DNA of 64,000 nucleotides from Simkaniaceae bacterium (GTDB lineage Bacteria; Chlamydiota; Chlamydiia; Chlamydiales; JACRBE01): NCBI GenBank assembly GCA_022763045.1, contig JALEGI010000009.1, positions 5,576 to 69,575 of the forward strand, read 5' to 3'. Shown piece by piece: positions 56,959 to 64,000 of this stretch (position 1 is its first letter; each line of letters starts with the position of its first letter). The notes under the pieces were generated by a model. It saw only the letters and a program-made list of their open reading frames with translations, ran no database searches and was not told where the DNA came from. The position numbers and the translations under genes were made by a program.

Positions 56959-57622
56959 ATAGCTCCTTATTAATCAGTTGATTACACTCTTCAGGGTTGT
57001 CTTCAAATACCGCATGTGAAGCATCTGCAATGATATTAAACCGATCCAAATGTTTTTGGTAAAGGGAGAGATACTTTTTATCATAAGCGCCACAAAAGAA
57101 ATCGGCATCAACATCCCAAAGGTTGCCCTGTCTTTTCACATTCAAATTGTCTAGATAGTGCTTGAGACCATATTTGGGGGCTTTTTGACGCTTGGCAATC
57201 ACACTCTGTCTATTTTTCATTCCGTCAAAGATCGGATTGCGATACCACTTTTCCAAATCAATTAGTTTAAGGGCCTTTGTCTTTGCGCCTCCGTTTGCTG
57301 AAAATACAAGGGTTTTCAAAAAGCGATTGGGATGGTGCTTTTTTAAGTAAAGAGATAGCCGTCCACCCATTGAATAGCCAACAAGATGGGTCTTTTTTAC
57401 TTTTAAATTATCGAGTGTGTAGAGGACATGGCCACAAACCTCTTCAAAGAAATTGTCTGAGTTAAGGGGTAAAATCGACTTTCCATGTGCTGGGAGATCA
57501 AAGGTGAGTTTCCAAAAATCTGGGAGGTTTATCGCGGTAAAATCTCTACCGCTTCCCATAAAGCCGTGTAAAAAGAGCACGGGCTGGTTGTTTGAGCTGC
57601 CTTCGCTCGTGAAATATAGCAT
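56924..57622 (-). CDS. menH: SHCHC synthase (alpha/beta hydrolase)
   Basis: Contains [14 protein letters not shown], nucleophile elbow GYSMGGRL, and a C-terminal [13 protein letters not shown] 57622 has an AGGAG SD 7 nt upstream. The start lies 77 nt inside menD. Confidence 0.8.
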
Positions 57623-59249
57623 CCTCAATCTCCTGATGAATGATCACATTTTGATCTCGATCACATTGGATTTCCATCAGAGTCGGCTTTTTTTTCTTTA
57701 AGCGCAAGGGGATTTCTTGGGCATCTTCTTTAGTTCCAAGGACGTAGTCAATTCCATAGCTCTCTGCGATCTTTTTCAAATTGATTTCTTGAGGTGTCGC
57801 AAAATATTCTTCAAAGATCTCTACTTCAGCTGCAATGGGTTGAAAGGAAAAAATGCCTCCACCGTTGTTATTGATGACGATAATCAAAATGGGATCGTCT
57901 CGCAGCATTGATAGAGCGGAGACATCGTGAAGAAATGTCAGGTCGCCAACAATGGCAACAAGTGGCATTTCAAGTCCGCGACAGATTCCAATCGCGGTTG
58001 ATAGATTTCCATCGATACCAGATGCACCACGGTTAGCAAATACAGGCCCCATCTTGTCGGGAAACAGGAGGTGGTTGGCTTCGCGAATCGGCATGCTATT
58101 GCCGATAAATAGGGCGCTATTTTCATTAATTAGTTCATTGAGGTCGTAGAAAAAGCAGAGCTCGCATGGTTTCTTACGTGCTTGAAAAAAGCTATTGATT
58201 GCCTCGCGCCGGTTGAGTCCCTCTTCAATCCAATCGTGACTCCATGATGTGATCTCGCGATTTTCAAGGAAGGGAACGATTTTCCTTGCAAACTCCTCAG
58301 GATCCATTTCAATCTGATCAGTAGCTGGACCAGAGGGGTCACATGGCTCTAATGCGCTACTTACAAGGATATAGAGATTCGCTTCAAGAGCTTTTGTTGA
58401 AGTGAGTCGACTTCCCAATTGTAAAATCGCCTGCGAGCGCGTCTCCTCTGGGCGTATAAAAGGAACGGCGTGACTAGAGCTCCTCAGATTTGAGAGAATA
58501 TCTGTAAATATAGGCCACCCAAGAGCTTCACTTAAAGCTTCAAAAATAGCTGGATCAACTGTGTGGGGAAGTTCCCCAATTAAAATTATCCCATCTTCAT
58601 ATTTGCCGAGTTGATCAGCAATCGTTTGAAACTGCTCGTCACTTAAAAAACTCTTTCCTTTATGATAGCGGATCAAAGCGGGCGTTGTATCTTCAAATTT
58701 TTTACCTAGAAAGGGCTTTCGGAACATGCAATTGAGTTGGACAGGTCCCTTGCATGAGCGTGAAACTGCTGTTGCGGCAAATCCCCGAAACTGTTCAGGA
58801 GAGATAGAGAAATCAAAGCAGGGAACATCTGACTCCCAACAGGCGAACTTGGAAAAAAGTCCCATTTGATCGATTGTTTGGTTGGAGCCTGTAGAGCGCA
58901 TCTCACAGGGCCTATCTGCAGATAAGATAATCAGGGGGAGCTGATTCATTGAGGCTTCGATCACTGCAGGCATTAAATTTGCAACAGCAGTGCCTGAGCT
59001 TGTGACAATTGCAACGGGGCTTCGCGTTGCTTTGGCAAGTCCAAGGGCGTAAAATCCCAATGAGCGTTCATCAAAGTGGACGGTTGTTTTAGCTAGAGGG
59101 TGGCGTGCAATGGCTACAGTCAAAGGTGTCGAGCGTGAGCCTGGAGCGATGCAAAAGTGGCGGAGCCCCTGATGAATCAGCTCTTTAACGATACAGGTTG
59201 CTGCAGTAGCACCATCCATTGTGCGATTTTGCATTCTAATTCCTTCCAT
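57546..59249 (-). CDS. menD: SEPHCHC synthase (TPP-dependent)
   Basis: Contains PGSRSTPL and the TPP motif GDLTFLHD...NNNGGGIF. The start may be an internal Met (59234 or 59219). Overlaps menF upstream and menH downstream. Confidence 0.9.
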   Translation of the reverse strand: MEGIRMQNRTMDGATAATCIVKELIHQGLRHFCIAPGSRSTPLTVAIARHPLAKTTVHFDERSLGFYALGLAKATRSPVAIVTSSGTAVANLMPAVIEASMNQLPLIILSADRPCEMRSTGSNQTIDQMGLFSKFACWESDVPCFDFSISPEQFRGFAATAVSRSCKGPVQLNCMFRKPFLGKKFEDTTPALIRYHKGKSFLSDEQFQTIADQLGKYEDGIILIGELPHTVDPAIFEALSEALGWPIFTDILSNLRSSSHAVPFIRPEETRSQAILQLGSRLTSTKALEANLYILVSSALEPCDPSGPATDQIEMDPEEFARKIVPFLENREITSWSHDWIEEGLNRREAINSFFQARKKPCELCFFYDLNELINENSALFIGNSMPIREANHLLFPDKMGPVFANRGASGIDGNLSTAIGICRGLEMPLVAIVGDLTFLHDVSALSMLRDDPILIIVINNNGGGIFSFQPIAAEVEIFEEYFATPQEINLKKIAESYGIDYVLGTKEDAQEIPLRLKKKKPTLMEIQCDRDQNVIIHQEIEDAIFHERRQLKQPARALFTRLYGKR

Positions 59250-60064
59250 TCTACTATTGGTGTGGATCCATCGACAAGACCCAGCCCTGCATAGATTTTG
59301 AGGCTTCTACGATCCAACCTGGCAGAGCGAATGGCAACTGCGATCTCTGCTCGATCGCTACTCGTCCATCCAATGGGGGCGGAGTAGCGTCCTCTAGGGA
59401 AAAATTCGTTTTCAGCAATCCAGCAAAGCGCCTCGTCTCTGGGCACGCCGCCAATTGCAGGAGTGGGGTGCAGGCGTTTGATAATTTCAGTGTCGTTAAT
59501 CTCATTTTTCAATATCCCAGTAAATTTTCGATGCAAATGATACACAGGTCCCGCTTTTTTGACTCCTAAATTAGATGCTTGATACTCGCAGCATAGCTCT
59601 TTGAGTTCATCGTGGAGGAAATCAGAAACGTAGTTAAATTCATGGAGATCTTTTTCTGAGCCTAGCAAACATTCTTTGTCAAGATTGGTTCCAGCAACAG
59701 CTTCTGTAAAAATCTCTCTTCCTACGCGCATGTAAAGATGCTCAGGTGTTGCCCCAAAAAACGTGGTGTCACCTTCAACAATTGCAAATTTCACACTTGC
59801 TTTTGGAAGGCGCTTAAGAAGATCAAAAGGGCATAGAGGTCCATCAAAGTTTAGGGTCGTCTCTCTAGCAACTACAGCTTTTTTAATTCCTGATGCGTGA
59901 AATTTTTCAACAAGCGTGCAAAACTCCTCATAATTTGGGCGGTCGACCCGACTTATGATATTTGCACGAAGGGGATGCGGTTTGGGCCATGGCGTTTTAT
60001 ATAAAGAGCCATCCCAGTAGATCTTAGGCATCTTTATAGCCTGTGTAGAGCGTTGCAACGCCAA
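59177..60064 (-). CDS. menF: Isochorismate synthase, minimal form
   Basis: Chorismate-binding domain motifs HPTPAIGGVP, FPRGRYSAPIGW, AVAIRSA and YAGLGLVDGS. About 285-295 aa. The start is either 60064 or ATG 60031 (ATGCCTAA overlap with the ubiE stop). Confidence 0.85.
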   Translation of the reverse strand: MALQRSTQAIKMPKIYWDGSLYKTPWPKPHPLRANIISRVDRPNYEEFCTLVEKFHASGIKKAVVARETTLNFDGPLCPFDLLKRLPKASVKFAIVEGDTTFFGATPEHLYMRVGREIFTEAVAGTNLDKECLLGSEKDLHEFNYVSDFLHDELKELCCEYQASNLGVKKAGPVYHLHRKFTGILKNEINDTEIIKRLHPTPAIGGVPRDEALCWIAENEFFPRGRYSAPIGWTSSDRAEIAVAIRSARLDRRSLKIYAGLGLVDGSTPIVEWKELECKIAQWMVLLQQPVSLKS

Positions 60065-60722
60065 ATGTAAGAGGTCTTGCTACAACAGAAGAGAATCCTG
60101 TATCTAACATCAAGTTGCAAAACTCTTTTCCGTATGGAAAACTCTCAATCGTCTGGTTCAAATAGACATACGCTCCATCATCTCCAGAAATTGCTTTGCC
60201 AATTTTTGGTAAAATATGTCTGAGGTAAAAAAGATACATGCCGCGCAGGGGGCGATAAGGGATGGAAAACTCTAGAATAAGCGCCTTGCCGCCTGGTTTG
60301 AGAATTCTATGCATCTCTCGTAGACATGCCAGAGGATCGGGAACATTTCGAATGCCAAAGCTCATTGAAACAGCATCTGTCACAGTGCTTTGTAATGGGA
60401 TCTCGCAAGCATCGCCCACGCTTAAAGTAGCAAAATCTTTTATGCGACTCGCAGAGAGTTTTTTTTGCCCATGTTTCAGCATCTCTTCAGAGAGGTCAAA
60501 GCCCCACGCCTGTTTGATCGAACGCCTTTTGCACGCAGAGAAGAGTTGATCGCCAGTTCCTGTTGCAAGATCAACCAGAAGTAGGTCCTCTTTCTGTGGC
60601 AGGGCATTGGCAAGTTGTCTCCTCCAGTAGTAGTCGACCCCAAGTGAAAGAGTGTGGTTAAGGAAGTCATACGTTTTAGAAATGCGATTGAAAAGAGATG
60701 GTGAGGTGGTTTTATCGATCAT
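60024..60722 (-). CDS. ubiE: Demethylmenaquinone methyltransferase (UbiE/MenG)
   Basis: Contains YDFLNHTLSLGVDYYWRR and the SAM motif LVDLATGTGD. First gene of the men operon. Confidence 0.9.
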   Translation of the reverse strand: MIDKTTSPSLFNRISKTYDFLNHTLSLGVDYYWRRQLANALPQKEDLLLVDLATGTGDQLFSACKRRSIKQAWGFDLSEEMLKHGQKKLSASRIKDFATLSVGDACEIPLQSTVTDAVSMSFGIRNVPDPLACLREMHRILKPGGKALILEFSIPYRPLRGMYLFYLRHILPKIGKAISGDDGAYVYLNQTIESFPYGKEFCNLMLDTGFSSVVARPLTFGVATLYTGYKDA

Positions 60723-60824
60723 ACAACGAGCTTACGCCACACCATTTTTTTCATCCACCAAGTTTTTGTTGTATAAAAATTTTACTTGATGCAATAATTA
60801 AGATTCATTAAAGGAGATAGCTGT

Positions 60825-61715
60825 ATGGCTGAAGCAGTAGCGGTGGCAGGTGGTGGCGTTGGCGCAGCGGCAGTAGCTGTTGCTGGAGCGGGAGGTGGAG
60901 CGGGCGCTCCACGAGAAAGGCAGATGACGGCTGTAAATAATGCTGCGCAAACGCAGCTTGAAGCGGCTAGAAATGCAAAAGATACAATGAAGCCGAAGAA
61001 GTGCGCGTGTATTCAAAGGCTGTGTGCGACTGCATGTTGCACTAAAATTGCTGTTATCTATGGAATTGCCTTAACAATTCTTGGCGGAGTGGTTGCGGCA
61101 TTTTCACAAGGAAGTACGCTTCAGTTGATCATTGGCATTGCTGTCATGGTTGGAGGATTATTTCTTGTAGGGCAGTCGGTTTCAAAAGAGACCTTAGCAA
61201 GGCAAATCAAGCAGCTAGACAACTTAATTGGTGTTATTGATGCGCAGATCAAAGTAATCACAAATGTCGCTGAAAAACTCGACCTAATAGAAGATGAGCT
61301 TGAAGAGGAGAGAAAGCTGATTACAGGAGAGCGCAAAGCGCTTGGCGAAGAGCGAATAGGTTTTACCCAACAAAATAATCGGCTAACTCAGCAGCTGAAT
61401 CGCGCTGAGGCTCAAAAAGAGGCTTTAAAGACACAAGTTGGGATTTTAACGGGAACTGTAACCGAGCTAAATCAATTAGTGCAAAATATTGGAGAAATTC
61501 CACAAGATTTTGGGCAGAGACTCACAAATTCGATACAAAGTTTAGAAACACAAGTGCAAGCGATGGCAGATCGACCTGCGCTTCAGGCCAGAATAATCGA
61601 ATTGCAAGCGCTAGTTGCTACCCTTAAAGGGCAGTTGCATGCTCAGGGAATCATTCCGCAAGACGAAGCGCCAGCGCCACCTGTGGAGGAAGGCGTAGGA
61701 GAGGAAGCGGTTTAG
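60825..61715 (+). CDS. Inc-like membrane protein: bilobed hydrophobic domain plus long coiled coil
   Basis: AAGGAG SD 8 nt upstream. Ala/Gly-rich N-terminus. Cys cluster CACIQRLCATACC. Two hydrophobic lobes IAVIYGIALTILGGVVAAF and LIIGIAVMVGGLFLVG (nt 61047-61172). The remaining ~170 aa show a heptad-like, Gln/Glu/Leu-rich pattern. Confidence 0.7.
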   Translation: MAEAVAVAGGGVGAAAVAVAGAGGGAGAPRERQMTAVNNAAQTQLEAARNAKDTMKPKKCACIQRLCATACCTKIAVIYGIALTILGGVVAAFSQGSTLQLIIGIAVMVGGLFLVGQSVSKETLARQIKQLDNLIGVIDAQIKVITNVAEKLDLIEDELEEERKLITGERKALGEERIGFTQQNNRLTQQLNRAEAQKEALKTQVGILTGTVTELNQLVQNIGEIPQDFGQRLTNSIQSLETQVQAMADRPALQARIIELQALVATLKGQLHAQGIIPQDEAPAPPVEEGVGEEAV

Positions 61716-63523
61716 CGCTTCCTCTTTCTTTCTGATTCGTTAAGAACACGCTTGCGAACGCGGATGTTGTCAGGTGTAATCTCTAAAAGCTCGTCATCTT
61801 CAATAAAGTCGATAGCGCGCTCAAGTGTAAGTTTTTCTGGGGGGATGAGAATGCAATTTTCATCCGTTCCTGACGCGCGTACATTTGTGAGCTTTTTCTC
61901 CTTACAGATATTAACTACCAGATCATTTTCGCGGCTATTTTTTCCGACGATCATTCCCTCGTAGACATCTTGAGTCGCCTCAACAAACAGAGTTCCGCGA
62001 TCTTGGAGGGCAAACATCGCATAGGGCTTTGCCTTTCCGCGCTCAGATGCAATCAGCACACCATTTTTACGTCCAGGAATGTCTTTTTTCACCGGTGCAT
62101 AGCTGTCAAAGACAGAAGTTAGAACCCCTTCGCCCTTAGTCATCGTTAAAAATTCGTTACGGAAGCCCATAAGTCCACGTGTGGGAATGTAAAACTCCAT
62201 CGTGGTCAAACCTTCATCAGAAGTGTTGAGGCTGCGCATTTCACCTTTTCGCTGAGAAAGCTGGTCAATTACAGCTCCTGAATGGGTTTCAGGAACTTCG
62301 ACGTGAGCGATCTCATAGGGTTCGCATTTTTCACCATCGATCTCTTTCATAATGACCTGAGGCTTAGAGATAGAAAACTCATAGCTCTCTCGGCGCATTG
62401 TTTCAATAAGAACAGCCAGGTGTAGTTCTCCTCGGCCAGAGATGCGGATGGCATCTTCGCGGCCATGGACCTCTTCAATATTCAGAGAGATATTCGCTCG
62501 CTTTTCGTGCAATAGGCGGTCGCGAATTTTGTTCATCGTCAAGTTCTTTCCATCCTGACCCACAAAGGGTGAGGAGTTGACCATCATCTCAATCGAGAGC
62601 GTAGGCTCTCCGAGGGCAATCGGCGGGAGGTGGACAATGTGGTCGGGTGTGCAAATCGTATCGCCAATCATGACCTCGGGGGCGCCTGCAATACTAACAA
62701 TATCACCAACACCGGCCTCTTCAAGATCAACTTTTTGAAGTCCTAAGTGGCCCTCAATTTTTGTCACCTTATGGTGTGTGGGGTGGCCATCGCTATTCAC
62801 GAGTGTAAACGAGTCGCCCTTTTTGACCACACCCTCTAAAATTCTACCCGAAGCCTGTCGGCCTACAAAATCGTTGTAGGAGATGGAAGCGGCTTGCATC
62901 AAAAATGGTGCCTCTGCAGTCCCTGTTGGAGCAGGCACTTTTTCGAGGATAAGATCGAATAGGGGGGCCATATTCTCTTCAGGATCGCCAAGTGTTTTCA
63001 TGGCATAACCGGCAAGTCCAGAGGCGTAGCAGTAGGGAAAGTCGAGTTGCTCGTCAGTGGCCCCAAGCTCAACAAAGAGATCAAATGTTTTATTGAGGGC
63101 TTCATCTGGGTTCGCGTGGGGACGATCAATTTTATTCAAAACGACAATGGGGTTAAGACCCATCTTGAGTCCTTTTGATAGAACAAAGCGCGTTTGAGGC
63201 ATGGGCCCTTCTGCGGCATCAATCAAAAGAATAATTGAATTGACCATTCCTAAAACGCGCTCAACTTCTCCTGAGAAATCGGCGTGTCCTGGGGTGTCGA
63301 TCAAGTTAATTTTGTAATCTTCGTAGATAAGCGAAGTGTGTTTAGCAAAGATGGTGATTCCACGCTCTTTTTCTAGTGCGTTGGAGTCCATCATGCGCTC
63401 TTCAGTCTCTTCGTTATCTCGAAAAATGTTACTCTGAGCTAGCAGAGAGTCAATAATCGTCGTTTTGCCGTGGTCAATGTGCGCCACAATCGCGACGTTT
63501 CTAATCTTTTCTGGTGTATGCAT
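61712..63523 (-). CDS. typA: Translational GTPase TypA/BipA
   Basis: G1 motif [12 protein letters not shown], plus DTPGHADF and NKID. The 603-aa EF-G-like architecture lacking domain IV is typical of BipA. Confidence 0.95.
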   Translation of the reverse strand: MHTPEKIRNVAIVAHIDHGKTTIIDSLLAQSNIFRDNEETEERMMDSNALEKERGITIFAKHTSLIYEDYKINLIDTPGHADFSGEVERVLGMVNSIILLIDAAEGPMPQTRFVLSKGLKMGLNPIVVLNKIDRPHANPDEALNKTFDLFVELGATDEQLDFPYCYASGLAGYAMKTLGDPEENMAPLFDLILEKVPAPTGTAEAPFLMQAASISYNDFVGRQASGRILEGVVKKGDSFTLVNSDGHPTHHKVTKIEGHLGLQKVDLEEAGVGDIVSIAGAPEVMIGDTICTPDHIVHLPPIALGEPTLSIEMMVNSSPFVGQDGKNLTMNKIRDRLLHEKRANISLNIEEVHGREDAIRISGRGELHLAVLIETMRRESYEFSISKPQVIMKEIDGEKCEPYEIAHVEVPETHSGAVIDQLSQRKGEMRSLNTSDEGLTTMEFYIPTRGLMGFRNEFLTMTKGEGVLTSVFDSYAPVKKDIPGRKNGVLIASERGKAKPYAMFALQDRGTLFVEATQDVYEGMIVGKNSRENDLVVNICKEKKLTNVRASGTDENCILIPPEKLTLERAIDFIEDDELLEITPDNIRVRKRVLNESERKRKR

Positions 63524-63580
63524 GGGGATATGTTACATGATTGTGGCATTTTTTCCTAAATAAATGTATAATCTCACAAA

Positions 63581-63913
63581 ATGGATGAAATCAAGCGGAT
63601 TCCTAAAAATTACGACGGAAAGCGCCCAACCGGTCGTTTGATTGGTTCGCTTCTTCCAAGGGTTTTAAAGGGAATACAGAAAGAAGTTGAGAGTGAAGTT
63701 CAGGTTGTTTTTGACACCTGGTACGAAGTTGTTGGCAAACGTTTAGCACCAATGACCGAAGCTCAGGCATTTACAAATGGTGTCGTTTTTGTTAAGGTAA
63801 AAAACGCGACGCTTCACAGCATCTTTTCTGCCAACCAAAAAAAACGACTGATTGATGAGATGCACAAAAAGCTTCCAGGTGTTAGGATTAACGCTTTAGT
63901 ATTTCGGATATAA
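63581..63913 (+). CDS. DUF721-family protein
   Basis: 110 aa. The motif pattern and the position immediately upstream of gyrB are typical of DUF721. Confidence 0.65.
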   Translation: MDEIKRIPKNYDGKRPTGRLIGSLLPRVLKGIQKEVESEVQVVFDTWYEVVGKRLAPMTEAQAFTNGVVFVKVKNATLHSIFSANQKKRLIDEMHKKLPGVRINALVFRI

Positions 63914-63935
63914 TGAGCAATTTTGGATTTAGGTT

Positions 63936-64000
63936 ATGAGTACCATGGCAAAGCAGAAAGATTACGATGCAAGTTCGATTACGGTTCTAGAAGGACTACA
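63936..64000 (+). CDS. gyrB: DNA gyrase subunit B, N-terminal fragment (continues beyond window)
   Basis: ATG 63936. The translated MSTMAKQKDYDASSITVLEGL matches the conserved GyrB N-terminus (Y-x-ASSI-x-VLEGL). Confidence 0.8.
   Translation, partial: MSTMAKQKDYDASSITVLEGL

Overview
The window is densely coding, with about 66 CDS. I found no rRNA or tRNA genes, no transposase or integrase, and no CRISPR array.

Gene content and local order look like a Chlamydia-like (environmental Chlamydiota) chromosome. Several blocks match arrangements I recall from Chlamydia trachomatis; these are from memory and should be verified:
- groEL-groES divergent from pepF
- acpP-fabG-fabD-fabH, recR, and bamA-skp-lpxD next to pdhABC
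- yidC-dnaA followed by a small Inc-type membrane protein
- glgX divergent from an Slc1/CesT-type type III secretion chaperone
- a PP2C phosphatase overlapping a NifS-like gene

Most of the window is ordinary housekeeping: chaperonins, tyrS, rpiA, HPr, accA, fatty-acid synthesis, pyruvate dehydrogenase, typA, and the start of gyrB.

Content that is not typical of Chlamydiaceae:
- a complete classical menaquinone operon (ubiE-menFDHBACE) plus a convergent hotdog thioesterase
- a hydrolase cluster (lipase-like, GH3, GH1, Ntn amidase)
- a secreted serpin translationally coupled to a CPBP intramembrane protease and a lipoprotein
- an L,D-transpeptidase, an S46 peptidase and a CorA-type channel

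I did not find a clear-cut novel multi-gene system. The best candidates for follow-up are:
- an orphan, GC-balanced, highly self-complementary 257-bp spacer between convergent genes (24542-24798), which could be an sRNA or a gene for a tiny Cys-rich peptide
- a tandem pair of uncharacterised paralogues with N-terminal Cys clusters (28963-29672)
- the lipoprotein-CPBP-serpin module (41103-43818)
- Inc-like membrane proteins with juxtamembrane Cys clusters (46069-46533 and 60825-61715)

All functional calls rest on motif and family recognition by eye. No database search was run.
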